The position numbers and the translations under genes are program-made. From NCBI RefSeq assembly GCF_031769215.1, contig NW_026781953.1, forward strand, positions 372,001 to 436,000: a DNA stretch of 64,000 bases. Direction: 5' to 3'. This DNA is from Ylistrum balloti. Taxonomy: Eukaryota. This document shows positions 49,815 through 64,000 of the stretch, one piece after another (position 1 is the stretch's first letter; each line of letters starts with the position of its first letter). Under the pieces are notes generated by a model. The model was not told the DNA's origin, did not search any database, and saw nothing but the letters and a program-made list of their open reading frames with translations.

Positions 49815-52340
49815 CATTGTTTGATACTTTACATTACATTGGTTCATTGTTTACATTCATTACATTGGCAGATACTTTTGATAATTACATTTACTGGTTA
49901 AAATTACTTACTATACATCACATTGTTTGATACTTTACATTACATTGGTTGATACTTTACATTACATTGTTTGATACTTTACATTACATTGTTTGATACT
50001 TTACTTTACATTGTTTGATACTTTACTTTATATTGTTTGATACTTTACTTTACATTGTTTGATACTTTACATTACATTGTTTGATACTTTACATTACATT
50101 GTTTGATACTACATTACATTGGATGATACTTTACATTATATTGGTTGATACTTTAAATTACATTGGTTGATACTTTACATTACATTGTTTGATACTTTAC
50201 ATTACATTGGTTCATACTTTACATTACATTGTTTGATACTTTACATTACATTGGTTCATACTTTACATTACATTACATTACATTGTTGATACTTTACATT
50301 ACATTGTTTGATACTTTACATTACATTGTTTGATACTTTACATTTACTTTACATTGTTTGATACTTTTACATTACATTGTTTGATACTTTACATTACATT
50401 GTTTGATACTTTACATTACATTGTTTGATACTTTGATACTTTACATTACATTGGTTGATACTTTACATTACATTGTTTGATACTTTACATTACATTGGTT
50501 GATACTTTACATTACATTGTTTGATACTTTACATTACATTGGTTCATACTTTACATTACATTGGTTGATACTTTACATTACATTGGTTGATACTTTACAT
50601 TACATTGTTTGATACTTTACATTCCATTGTTTGATACTTTACATTACATTGGTTTATACTTTACATTGCATTGTTTGATACTTTACATTCCATTGTTTGA
50701 TACTTTACATTACATTGTTTGATACTTTACATTACATTGTTTGATACTTTACATTACATTGATACTTTACATTACATTGTTTGATACTTTACATTACATT
50801 ACATTGTTTGATACTTTACATTACATTGTTTGATACTTTACATTACATTGTTTGATACTTTACATTACATTGTTTACATTACATTGTTCATGATCATTAC
50901 TTGATACATTACATTGGTTGATACTTTACATTACATTGTTTGATACTTTACTTTACATTACATTGTTTGATACTTTACATTACATTGTTTGATACTTTAC
51001 ATTACATTGGTTCATACTTTACATTACATTGTTTGATACTTTACATTACATTGGTTGATACTTTACATTACATTGTTTGATACTTTACATTACATTGTTT
51101 GATACTTTACATTACATTGTTTGATACTTTACATTACATTGTTTGATACTTTACATTACATTGTTTGATACTTTACATTACATTGTTTGATACTTTACAT
51201 TACATTGTTTGATACTTTACATTACATTGTTTGATACTTTACATTACATTGTTTGATACTTTACATTACATTGTTTGATACTTTACATTACATTGTTTGA
51301 TACTTTACATTACATTGTTTGATACTTTACATTACATTGTTTGATACTTTACATTACATTGTTTGATACTTTACATTGTTTGATACTTTACATTCCATTG
51401 TTTGATACTTTACTTTACATTGTTTGATACTTTACATTACATTGTTTGATACTTTACATTACATTGTTTGATACTTTACATTACATTGTTTGATACTTTA
51501 CATTACATTGTTTGATACTTTACATTACATTGTTTGATACTTTACATTACATTGTTTGATACTTTACATTGTTTGATACTTTACATTACATTGTTTGATA
51601 CTTTACATTACATTGTTTGATACTTTACATTACATTGTTTGATACTTTACATTACATTGTTTGATACTTTACATTACATTGTTTGATACTTTACATTACA
51701 TTGTTTGATACTTTACATTACATTGTTTGATACTTTACATTACATTGTTTGATACTTTACTTTATTGTTTGATACTTTACATTGTTTGATACTTTACATT
51801 ACATTGGTTGATACTTTACATTACATTGGTTGATACTTTACATTACATTGTTTGATACTTTACATTACATTGGTTCATACTTTACATTCCATTGTTTGAT
51901 ACTTTACATTCCATTGTTTGATACTTTACATTACATTGGTAGATACTTTACATTACACTGGTTGATACTTTACATTCCATTGTTTGATACTTTACATTCC
52001 ATTGTTTGATACTTTACATTACATTGTTTGATACTTTACATTGCATTGTTTGATACTTTACATTACATTGGTTCATACTTTACATCACATTGGTTGATAC
52101 TTTACGTTATATTGGTTGATACTTTACATTATATTGTTTGATACTTTACATTGCATTGTTTGATACTTTACGTGACATTGGTTGATACTTTACATCACAT
52201 TGGTTGATACTTTACATCACATTGGTTGTTACTTTACGTTATATTGGTTGATACTTTACATTATATTGTTTGATACTTTACATTACATTGTTTGATACTT
52301 TACATCACATTGGTTGATACTTTACATTATATTGGTTGAA
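49815..52340. repeat. 22-bp minisatellite, about 115 copies
   Basis: gatactttacattacattgttt with tggtt, ttcc and ttac variants. Confidence 0.97.
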
Positions 52341-53871
52341 TCATCACAGCACCTATCATATTTTGTAAAGCGTCGCAAATTGTATACGTATATTGTACAA
52401 TGTATATTTTATTAAACCTTGGCTCTACAGTTAGTAATACTGACTTTGTGTATGTGGGTGTGGTAAAATGTGTCCAGTTATAAACACATTACTCCTTTCG
52501 GTTGGCATTCATCTCATCATAAATCGACAATTAAGAAATAGCTAGCTTTGTCGTTGGAATTAAAATGAGAAATTCGCTTGAAACAGATAAATGGTAACAT
52601 GTTTTAAATACACACATACACCAAATGCCTTAAACTTGTAACTGTCTACTTTCTAAAACATACATCGTCATCGTGAACATAAGTACATGTTAAAACACGT
52701 GTGTGGTTAGCGTGTACTGCCAGATCAAGTCTAGCGCGTGCTGTAACTGCCACTGAACCATTGCGCGTGCAGTCTTAGTCAATTTCATCTCGGTTCCTCT
52801 GGGTCTACATCGCCCGTACATAGATACAGTGAATATACCAATAAAATGTAACACGAGGTTGTAAAATTCTTGTGAAGTTTATTTAAGGCCGAGCAATGCT
52901 GCTGCAAGATATTGGAACATGGGTATTTTTCAGTCCTTCAGTTTGGTTTGGAAGACAAGGTTTTTTTTTTTTTTAATGCATAAGAAATAAATAAGTTACT
53001 GAAACATAAACACATTTTACATTGATTGGAATTTCAACATGCCTGTGGATCCTTAACAGACACAAAAACATACACATGCATACACTAATTACCAACACGT
53101 AAAGCACCTGCATCACACGCGCTTTTTGGACATGGGTTTCAACTTTTTTTTCTTTCAAACATGAGATCTAAAACACTTCTGGTGTATTTAATGAGATCTC
53201 TAGTTAACCTACTTCGGAAACTGACATACTGTGTCTATTTTCATAGCTTCCGCCGCCATCCTCTATATTAAACATTCACAATGAGCGTTTTTTTATCTTG
53301 TTGGCCCAGTGAAATACCCTCGTAAAGCATGTTGTAATATTTTGTTTTTATAATTTACAGACCTACGGGAGATGTAACCTTGGCAACGCGATATCATGGA
53401 ATCACACCACGAGAGACCTACGTTGCTATTAGAATACGTCACACATCGCCTGAAGTACATATCGGAGGATGTTCTTATCGATTTCCAGTGTAGTTCATTT
53501 CCGGTTCAAAAGACCCAGATATTAGATTCGTTAACATGACCTCAATATTTATAAAAAAAATTAGTGTCGGTACACGTTATCTACACTCAAGTGTGAGCAA
53601 TGTTGAAGCGGTGGCACTGCACAACCCAAACTTGAGCACCTGATATAAATTTGATAAAATTTTCTTACCAAATTACGAAACGAAACATCTCAATATCGAG
53701 ACAACACGTATCCATTCCATCCATATCTGGTGTGGAATAACACAAGTAACTGGCATTTAATTGGTTTAGATAACTAAATGAGTTTATATATAGAATGTTT
53801 CCTGGAGGTTAGCCATAATGAGTATCCACCTCATAAGAGGTTAACAGGTTTTCACTATATATAATAGTTAT

Positions 53872-54996
53872 TTAATATACATTTTCAATTTCGTCTATTG
53901 CAATGTATTCTTTGATCACTCTAGGAAGTATCAGTTTCGGAATATTGTCCAAAATTGATCTGTCACCGGATCCTTCATTCAATGACTTCCGGATGGTCAT
54001 GCGCGCTAGTTCCTGTAACGAGAAACAGTTGTGTACCCGCTCTCGAAGCCACACAATCATTTTGACACCATTTGTTCCCGTGGCGTGACCTGAGAATGCT
54101 AGTCTCCTGAATGATCTAGAGAATGTTGGGATGCGACGTGTACACTGTTCGACCTCTTCAATGGTCAGCCGATAGCCACAGGTTACCAACAGCTTGACCA
54201 CATTTGTGTCACATCTCGTGAAGGCGTCTACGAGAAGACTACGACCGTGCTGGCCCTGCTTGTCCACTCGACACCCGTGATACAATAACATACCGGCGAT
54301 ATAACTGTTGCCTATCGAGATACATGATAGAAGGGGAGACCACTGACCATCCGACTCACTCAGACGCCCACCATTCAGAACAAGCGTCCGGCCGATTGAA
54401 TCCAAGGAACCGTACGAGTTCTTCTGTGCGATTCGATAATAAAAAATGGCTGTTGAAAATGGCGTGGCTTTGTACTGTGTCAATGCGTTTACGTCAGCAC
54501 CCTTACTTATCAGTAGTCTTACAATATCCTTGTTCCCTATCCGAATGGCTTCGTGTAGTGGTGACCAGTCATTTTTGTTCTTTGAGTTGATTCCGACGTC
54601 TAGTTTACATAAAAGATGTACAACAGATTCTAAGTTGTTGTGAATGGCCCGCTGTAGTACAGCATTTCCCGCGTCATCTTTCGCGTTGACGTCACATCCC
54701 ATCCCGATTAGCCAAGTCGCTATATCTGTTTTATGATGGTTGCACGCTATATGTAATGGCGTTTGACCTTTGTTGTCCGGTAGATCAGCACTCCATTTAG
54801 AGTCCAACAACAAGCGTATAATGTTTTTATATCCATATTCCGTTGCCCAATGAAGAGCAGTGCGTCCTCTACAATCAACATAGTCTATGTTTCGGTAACA
54901 GCTATTAGACAAAATGGAGCGAACTTGACTCTCTTTTCCCGCCTTTACAGCTTCCAATAGGAAATAATCCTCATCGACGTTGATTTTATTTGGCAT
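53872..54996 (-). CDS. Ankyrin-repeat and SOCS-box protein (ASB-like Cullin-RING substrate receptor), 374 aa, single coding exon
   Basis: Ankyrin repeats GRTALHWA, GQTPLHIA, GNAVLQRA, DWSPLHEA, KATPFSTA and QWSPLLSC. The C-terminal SOCS box is SLQELARMTIR...LPRVIKEYI. Confidence 0.9.
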   Translation of the reverse strand: MPNKINVDEDYFLLEAVKAGKESQVRSILSNSCYRNIDYVDCRGRTALHWATEYGYKNIIRLLLDSKWSADLPDNKGQTPLHIACNHHKTDIATWLIGMGCDVNAKDDAGNAVLQRAIHNNLESVVHLLCKLDVGINSKNKNDWSPLHEAIRIGNKDIVRLLISKGADVNALTQYKATPFSTAIFYYRIAQKNSYGSLDSIGRTLVLNGGRLSESDGQWSPLLSCISIGNSYIAGMLLYHGCRVDKQGQHGRSLLVDAFTRCDTNVVKLLVTCGYRLTIEEVEQCTRRIPTFSRSFRRLAFSGHATGTNGVKMIVWLRERVHNCFSLQELARMTIRKSLNEGSGDRSILDNIPKLILPRVIKEYIAIDEIENVY

Positions 54997-56259
54997 TTTG
55001 TTTTATTATAAAATCCGAAAATCAATCCTTGACAGTTATACAACAAGACAGCTCGTAGTTACGATAGTGGTGGCAAACTGATGACGTATTTAACGAAATT
55101 GAGTCTCTTTTGTTGTTTAACAAAAGATATTTCGTTACAACTCCGATTTTATTCTTGTCGTTCACCAATTAAGAAACGGTGTTTCCTTTTTTTCACAATA
55201 TCAGAAAGTTTTCTCCCTCCCTGGGAACCCTGGAGCACAATTTCAGACGAAGTGTTGGCAATGGAAAAACGAAATTCTTGTCAGTCATCCAACATGGTCG
55301 CTCAACTGAAAAGACATAGAAATGAAACTAATTTTATTATAAACACGACAAAGTTTGACAAGACAAACCTGTGTACATGAAAGAGAGTGGGTAGATAAAA
55401 CAAAACTTGTAATATCTAGGGTACATACCGTGCAGTAGATTGAAGCCTGCCATGGATAACTGTTTCTCTGTTTGTATACACACGCATGCGCAGTATGGTG
55501 TTTACTTTTTGGTGCATCCCGTTCCACGTTGGAGCACAACTACAGAATGTATTTCCTGTCCTGGATCTCGCTTGTTGCCGAGCCCATTCATTAGAGTCAG
55601 GGATGTAGTTGAAACTACGCACCCCGTCAGCTGAGGACAGATTGAACTATATTCCGCTAACCCGTCCGTGTAGCTGTAACAAGAAGGCGGGAGAAATGCG
55701 ATGCCATCTTTCTTTCCATTTACACCTTGCTACGTTTTAACTTTGCTGGGATCCCTAGTTTTACAAATGGGGAGGGGGCAAAATGATCAGCTGACGGGCA
55801 CGCGCGCGTGAGCAAACTGGTACGGCTAGCCACACGTACGACTTACAGATGCTAGTTACAGCGAACAGCAGATAACAGAGCTACTGTCTGTGTATCTACA
55901 GAGATAAGAGGGTACTTCTATCCTACTTTACTTATAGTACTCGTATTGTCTTGTGTTGTCACGAACCTAACTACTTTTTTTCTGGAAACGAGTGTTCACA
56001 ATATCACTGCTTCTATGCATATTGCATAGACATAGCGACAAAATCCCGGGAGAGATACCGCGTAATTTGTACAGTACAAGCAATACCAACATTCATGTCT
56101 TATTTCTCAAATTTCAATTTGCTTTGTCTACAGTATTGACTGTTTACGAGGCCTTAACGAGTCTATATAGTTTTATACCATTCTATCGATTTCTATAATG
56201 AAAACAATTTACGAAGGGTTAAACGTAATCATCTATTGTGATAGGTTGAATTTATGGGA

Positions 56260-57760
56260 CAACGCAAACGGAGAAAGCAATTTCCCCACACTGAGAATGA
56301 ATTCATTAGACAACGCAAAAAAGACAGCAAATTTCCCACACGGAGGTTGAATTCATTAGACAACGCAAAAAAGACAGCAATTTCCCCACACTGAGACTGA
56401 ATTCATTAGACAACGCAAAAAAGACACAAAATTTCCCACACGGAGGCTGAATTCATTAGACAACGCAAAAAAGACAGCAATTTTCCCACACGGAGGTTGA
56501 ATTCATTAGACAACGCAAAAAAGACAGCAATTTTCCCATACTGAGACTGAATTCATTAGACAACGCAAAAAAGACAGCAATTTTCCCACACTGAGACTGA
56601 ATTCATTAGACAACGCAAAAAAGACAGCAATTTTCCCACACCTCAAAAAAGACAGCAATTTTCCCACATGGAGGTTGAATTCATTAGACAACGCAAAAAA
56701 ACAGCAATTTTCCCACACGGAGGTTGAATTTATTAGACAACGCAAAAAAGACAGCAATTTCCCCACACTGAGACTGAATTCATTAGACAACGCAAAAAAG
56801 ACAGCAATTTTCCCACACTGAGGTTGAATTCATTAGACAACGCAAAAAAGACAGCAATTTTCCCACACCGAGACTGAATTCATTAGACAACGCAAAAAAG
56901 CCAGCAATTTTCCCACACGGAGGTTGAATTCATTAGACAACGCAAAAAAGACAGCAATTTTCCCACCTGGAGGTGAATTCATTAGACAACGCAAAAAAGG
57001 CAGCAATTTTCCCATACTGAGACTGAATTCATTAGACAACGCAAAAAAGACAGCAATTTCCCCACACTGAGACTGAATTCATTAGACAACGCAAAAAAGA
57101 CAGCGATTTTCCCACACTGAGGTTGAATTCATTAGACAACGCAAAAAAGACAGCAATTTTCCCACACTGAGGTTGAATTCATTAGACAACGCAAAAAAGA
57201 CAGCAATTTTCCCACACGGAGGTTGAATTCATTAGACAACGCAAAAAAGACAGCAATTTCCCCACTTGGAGGTTGAATTCATTAGACAACGCAAAAAAGA
57301 CAGCAATTTTCCCACACGGAGGTGAATTCATTAGACAACGCAAAAAAGACAGCAATTTTCCCATACTGAGACTGAATTTATTAGACAACGCAAAAAAGAC
57401 AGCAATTTCCCCACACTGAGACTGAATTCATTAGACAACGCAAAAAAGACAGCGATTTTCCCACACGGAGGTGAATTCATTAGACCGCTCTAAAGAAGAA
57501 AGCATTTTTTCCATTCTGAGGTCGAATTGATGGGAAGACAGAACAGACGGTAGCAATGTTCCCCATACTGAGGTGGAATTCATGGGAAAACTCACAATAA
57601 AAACAATGATTCCCACACAGAGGTTGAATTCACAAGACATCTCAAAAGAAGAAAGCAATTTTCCCATACTGAGGTTGAATTCATGGGACAACGCTAAAAA
57701 GAAAGCAATTTTCCCACACTGAGGTTGAATTCATGGGACAACGCTAAAGAAGAAAGCTTT
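56260..57760. repeat. 50-bp minisatellite, about 29 copies, EcoRI site in most units
   Basis: gaattcattagacaacgcaaaaaagacagcaattttcccacactgagact with a cacggaggtt variant; degenerate at the right end. Confidence 0.97.
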
Positions 57761-58980
57761 TTCCTATACCGAACTTGCTCCGTCAACATGACCTTGAGGG
57801 CAATTATGACCCAGTGTACTATATACAGAAAAGGTCTTATAATTCACGACTCTGTGAACAAAGGTCAAAACATTGGTGTGGCCTTTGTAACAACTGTTCT
57901 GTAAAATGGACATATTTTGTAGCACAAGATCATCAAAATGTTAACTATAAGTGACTACTGTACTTGACATTATATCGCATACACAAGTTCTTATGTGTAG
58001 CGCGTGCCCGAGGTGATACACGTTCACATGATTTACAATGAGGTCAATACAGAAAGCGATTTCTTGTGTTAGATAGTCCAACGGATGCCAGCAACTGAAA
58101 AACGCTTGTGCTGGGGTCGGCACCAGGCCTAGCGATGTTTAAGTTATCTCCGTACGAGATTTATTTGTGGTGCAAGAACCTTGTATAAAATGTCATAATT
58201 ACTGCACGTGTAGAGAGATTTATATATACACAGCATACAAACGCTGGCAAACGGTTACGGACGTCATATCGTAAGTTTAAGCGGGTCTGACAAGTTGCAC
58301 TGACAAAACGTAACAGTGCACTGTGAGAATATGATGATCGGCTCTTTCCGTTGAACTTCGGGTATTTACAAATTCACCGATAGTGTTGTGTTTAGAACAT
58401 GTTTCTTATCATACATTAACTGGTATGAGCATATCTGAATTAATCCAAAGTGTAAAAAGTCAAAAATGTTGAAAATGAAATGCTATAAAAATATATAAGG
58501 AACATTAGGATATTTTATTTTTGAAATTCATACCGTAGTGATCTTCTAGCAATTTCAAGGATGAAACATCAGTTCATTTATCCCCGTGTGAATCTTTAAA
58601 ATGATACTCTATGTGTTTACATACATTTAAATCAATAGTTATCAGTGTTTAAATGCATGCTTTGGCCCAGCTAACATCATCTAATCTCGACTTAAAGGAG
58701 GGGAAAATTAAATGACGGAGCCGTCTGTTGATTTCCATACAAATGTTACTAGAACAGACCTCATGTTATTGATGTCACTTTCACGAATGAACTAACAGTT
58801 AATAAACAATTATTCCAGGTCATGTGCATAAACTGTTTGTAAAGTATCGTCTTGTTCACACTTCTGTATAACGCCAAACGTGTTCAGATACCTTCGGACC
58901 CCTGTAATCTGTATTATCTCGCCTTGTATGAAGTTACATCGTTAAGTCGATTGCGTATTTAAAAGTCCTCCGTACTATCT

Positions 58981-59131
58981 CCAATCACGCGGAAAGTCTG
59001 GCCTATACACTTAGTTACATGATTTCTGACGTCACAGGAAGTAAACAGAGACTTGCCGATGATGAATTGATGAGATGGTTTCCGTTAAGATGGCGGAAGT
59101 GACGGACCCCAATTTACAGAACACCGGAAGT
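58981..59131 (+). promoter_or_regulatory. Housekeeping-type promoter cluster; possible first exon MAEVTDPNLQNTGSQ of a gene extending beyond the window
   Basis: CCAAT at 58981, TGACGTCA at 59027-59034, YY1-type AAGATGGCGG at 59087-59096 overlapping an ETS CGGAAGT, and a second CCGGAAGT at 59124-59131. ATG at 59090; the donor caaag|gttaaa is weak. Confidence 0.35.
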
Positions 59132-61371
59132 CAAAGGTTAAATAAAGCACCCTAATAGTGTATTTTGCTTAGTCGTCTTCGGTCTCGTGATGAATATTAC
59201 TATAATATTCAATAAAATGTAATTATAGGCAACCTACCGTTTAATTGAAGTACCGCGATCACTTACCTTCAAACTGAACAAAATTATTGAAATTATAGCA
59301 AAGATATATGCAAGTTACATTTCGTATACTGCAATTTGTCCAAAAAACAGGACATAGATTTCCATACTATTTTATGCTGCTTTTCAATAAAAAATTATGT
59401 CCAATAAATGTCATTAGTTTACGTTTCACAGAAATAGGAAAGGATCGAATCACTTGACCTCTGTCCTCCTTAAACACAAACGGATACGCAGCAGTCTGAG
59501 GGTATGGCGACACACTTCTTCCTGCGGTTTCGTAACTCATATCTGCTAAGAGATCGTATTTCTGTGCTATACCTGTATCCCTTACTCAAATGTGTAACTT
59601 TTTGAGACACAAAAAAAATTGTCTTTGTTTTCTTCATTACATCTATATCATATGACAATTCATGACGCTGTGACGAATACCATTCATCAAGCATATGACT
59701 TCATCCTTCCGGAAAGATGAGAGGTCAGTAATTGTGATAAAACGGAACACAACTTCCGGGAGTAATGGTAATTAAAAAGCATGACTTGATTATAACGTAT
59801 ATTTTATCAAACTTTCGTTATCTTTAAATTTTACTTCCAGCGTTAGCAATTAATAGTATTATCCACGCTTTCATGGAAGACATTGTCAGTAATGAGATAA
59901 GAAACTTAAATTTCATATCGAACAATATAGATAATGCTGAAATGGCTGGTCGGCGTGCTATTTGTGAATAATATCTAAAGCGCGTAAGTCCTTCTGCAGA
60001 CAGAAGCACATTGTATCAGAGACGTTTGCGAAAGCGGACGGAAAACCTATACCACACAAAACATACCTTTATAATAAACAAAATTTCCATATCATTGTTT
60101 GTTTTATACGTAAGCATTGAATATCAAATTTAAAATCAAAACCAGCTATTTCATTTTAACTTCAAGTAACACAGTAAATGCATGCACTATAACACTCTCC
60201 ATTAATAGTTTGGTATGTTGTACAAATAGATTCCATCATGCATAAAAAATTCACCTTGCTTTCTGTTTATGTAAAACATTTTGCAAAATACACAAATTTT
60301 AAATAAAACCATGATACGATTTCGAAATGCACAACTGTACTCGTGATACCTTTGAACAATAAAACCAAGGTGTATAGACAAAGTAACCGATTTTTTTTTT
60401 CACTATTGAAATTCGATAATTTTGTAATATCAATCTCGAGTTGTTATTTCAAATTTGTCGTCACTGAAATGTGTGCGACAAGAAATCATTAATTATATCA
60501 TGATAAATGAAATTCTCCCCCCCCCCCCCCGTAATTTCTCGAAATTTTTAACAAGTACTTTATCTTAGTTAACAGAGTACATCTAGATACTTACATTTCA
60601 TTGTCCCCGAAGCATCCTGGTACGGTGTAACACGGAAGAAACGTATCCGTGGTTTTATATCGAGTTTGCAAAGTCCGGAAATCGTAAATATACAGGGGGC
60701 GTGGCTTGTATCATTGGGCACTGGTCACGGAGATCAATGTTCCTAAAATTTAATTAAAATCTCGTTAAAATCTCGCTAAAATCTCACGCTAACTCTAGTC
60801 GTTCTTAATAAGTGGAATATATCTATTAACTCTAAATACTAAGTAAACTGACAATTAGTCCCACAGCTCGACAATAACTTTCCAATGATGCCGATATGAA
60901 TACCCAAGAATGAATGTTGCGCGTGTAGGCGTCACTAACGTATTCAACTTTGGTTGCATGTATCATCAAATACCAGTTTGTATCTACATTTAATACCTCC
61001 TAATTACAGACCGACATTTGACACGCGCTCACCGCGAGCCTGGACTCGTGTTTATATAAATACACTGGTGATGTTTATTGCTTTTATTTACATTAGTCCG
61101 TAAAGACTGACCACTCTGACGTGTTACGTGTAAAACACACAAAGTACAAATCTCATAACAGATAATGGAATTGGGGTGTCTGGGCGTACGATAAAGGGAG
61201 GGGTCAGATTAAAGGTCAAAAGGTCCATAAGATTAAACCTTAACACGGTCAGACTTAATGCTAAATCTTTCTGTCATAGTCCACTTGCTGGGGTATATTA
61301 TTTCTTAAGTAGCCAAGTGTAAATCTGAATTGTCTTCTAGTCACTGTAACATATAACAATTATATTTTTTA

Positions 61372-63430
61372 CATGCATATGGTATCTTGTGATGTAGTAC
61401 ATGGTGACATGGTACAATTTGATGTAGTACATGGTACAATGTGATGTAGTACATGGTACAATGTGATGTGGTACATGGTACAATGTGATGTGGTACATGG
61501 TACAATGTGATGTGGTACATGGTATCTTGTGATGTAATACATGGTACAATGTGATGTAATACATGGTACAATGTGATGTGGTACATGGTATCTTGTGATG
61601 TAATACAGGGTACAATGTGATGTGGTACATGGTGACATGGTACAATTTGATGTAGTACATGGTACAATGTGATGTAGTACATGGTACAATGTGAAGTGGT
61701 ACATGATACAATGTGATGTGGTACATGGTATCTTGTGATGTAATACATGGTACAATGTGATGTGGTACATGGTACAATGTGATGTGGTACATGGTACAAT
61801 GTGAAGTGGTACATGATACAATGTGATGTGGTACATGGTATCTTGTGATGTAATACATGGTACAATGTGATGTGGTACATGGTACAATGTGATGTGGTAC
61901 ATGGTACAATGTGATGTGGTACATGGTACAATGTAATGTGGTACATGGTACAATGTGAAGTGGTACATGATACAATGTGATGTGGTACATGGTATCTTGT
62001 GATGTAATACATGGTACAATGTGATGTGGTACATGGTGACATGGTACAATTTGATGTAGTACATGGTACAATGTGATGTAGTACATGGTACAATGTGAAG
62101 TGGTACATGATACAATGTGATGTGGTACATGGTATCTTGTGATGTAATACATGGTACAACGTGATGTGGTACATGGTACAATGTGATGTGGTACATGGTA
62201 CAATGTGATGTGGTACATGGTACAATGTAATGTGGAACATGGTATCTTGTGATGTAATACATGGTACAATGTGATGTAATACATGGTACAATGTGATGTG
62301 GTACATGGTATCTTGTGATGTAATACATGGTACAATGTGATGTGGTACATGGTGACATGGTACAATGTGATGTGGTACATGGTACAATGTGATGTGGTAC
62401 ATGGTGACATGGTACAATGTGATGTGGTACATGGTACAATGTGATGTAGTACATGGTACAATGTGATGTGGTACATGGTGACATGGTACAATGTGATGTG
62501 GTACATGGTACAATGTGATGTGGTACAATGTGATGTGGTACATGGTACAATGTGATATGGTACATGGTACAATGTGAGGTAGTACATGGTATCTTGTGAT
62601 GTAGTACATGGTGACATGGTACAATGTGATGTATTATATGGTATAATGTAATGTAGTACATGGTGACATGGTACAATGTACAATGTGATGTGTATGGTAT
62701 AATGTGATGGTATGACATGGTACAATGTGATGTGGTACATGGTGACATGGTACAATGTGATGTGGTACATGGTACAATGTGATTATATGGTATAATGTTA
62801 TGTAGTACATGGTGACATGGTACAATGTGATGTGGTACATGGTGACATGTATGTTACATGGTACAATGTGATGTGGTATGATGTACATGGTACAATGTGA
62901 TGTGGTACATGGTACAATGTGATGTAGTACATGGTACAATGTGATGTGGTACATGGTGACATGGTACAATGTGATGTGGTACATAGTGACATGGTATCTC
63001 GTGATGTAATACATTGTGACATGGTACAATGTGATGTAGTACATGGTACAATGTGATGTGGTACATGGTACAATGTGATGTAGTACATGGTACAATGTGA
63101 TGTGGTACATGGTGACATGGTACAATGTGATGTAGTACATAGTGACATGGTACAATGTGACGTAGTACATAGTGACATGGTACAATGTCATGTAGTACAT
63201 AGTGACATGGTACAATGTGATGTGGTACATGGTACAATGTGATGTAGTACATGGTACAATGTGATGTGGTACATGGTGACATGGTACAATGTGATGTAGT
63301 ACATAGTGACATGGTACAATGTGACGTAGTACATAGTGACATGGTACAATGTCATGTAGTACATAGTGACATGGTACAATGTGATGTGGTACATGGTGAC
63401 ATGGTAAAATATGATGTAGTACATGGTACA
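61372..63430. repeat. 22-bp minisatellite with 8-bp insertion variants, about 2 kb
   Basis: catggtacaatgtgatgtggta with catggtga and tatcttgtg variants. Confidence 0.97.
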
Positions 63431-64000
63431 GTGTGTACATCGTTAAAAGATCTCTCTTTAGAAAATTTAAATTATATAATAATTGAAAATCCACAAAGAA
63501 AGCTACGTGTATATTATATTTCAGTCTAATTCATTGATTTAACATTCTACTTTTGGTATGACACGCCAATAATACACATGACAATGCAATGTAAGGTGTC
63601 ATATAACTTCTCGTGTTCATCTTGGTAACGCCATTGTTAGCATTGAGGAAGATGTCAATCATTTTCCAATGAAACTACCCTGAGAATCCTAAAAACTACC
63701 CAGTGTATCCGGTTATACGACCAAACATGTAACCGGACCCTTATGAGACAATACAGATATAAATAGATATTTATTACTGGGATGTTTTTCAACTGTATAA
63801 CAGGATGTTTTACCAACAACGTAATTCTGATAATTTCCAAGTATTTCTATTTAAGAAACAAGTAACATTGACGATATCACTAGCCTCTCTCCCCCTTCCC
63901 TTCAAACTTTTGTCTTATATTTTACTACAGGTAAGATTTATCTCAATAACGAAATTTATGTTAAAGGAAATTCATATGTAATTCACGTTCATTGAGGATT

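Noticed and set aside
55078-55110. CTGATGA cgtatttaac GAAA ttgagtc as a hammerhead
   Set aside because: Stem II cannot close (C opposite C) and there is no stem I.
56506-57691. Repeated MSNEFSLSVGKLLSFLRC ORFs
   Set aside because: Translations of the 50-bp satellite with frame cycling.
61337-63529. Long His/Cys/Thr-rich ORFs (up to 477 aa) in several frames
   Set aside because: They arise from the 22-bp satellite, whose minus strand has few stops. The unit is not a multiple of 3, and all three frames cycle through the same peptides.

Overview
AT-rich eukaryotic genomic DNA, probably an invertebrate lophotrochozoan such as a mollusc (inferred from gene content, intron style and repeat types). 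From left to right the genes are as follows. (1) An intact 10-exon D-amino-acid/D-aspartate oxidase gene (DAO-A, 1688-7955). (2) A decayed third DAO copy (about 8.9-10.4 kb). (3) A 5'-truncated CR1/L2-group LINE with a 13-bp target-site duplication. (4) A second DAO paralog (DAO-B, 17151-28657): exons 2-10 are intact, but exon 1 is cut after GAGVV by a 3.5-kb minisatellite. (5) A two-exon HSF5-like gene with a 13-aa GVQT/IQT repeat tail. (6) Two tandem intronless genes for small secreted proteins with a predicted N-terminal His and an LPMO/X325-like histidine-brace signature. (7) An intronless ankyrin-SOCS box gene. Minimal type-I hammerhead ribozyme motifs occur at five sites across the DAO cluster, including a 45-bp tandem array, and there are two Penelope-like GIY-YIG remnants. 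About a quarter of the window is tandem repeat. All alignments and exon calls were made by eye, and no database searches were run.
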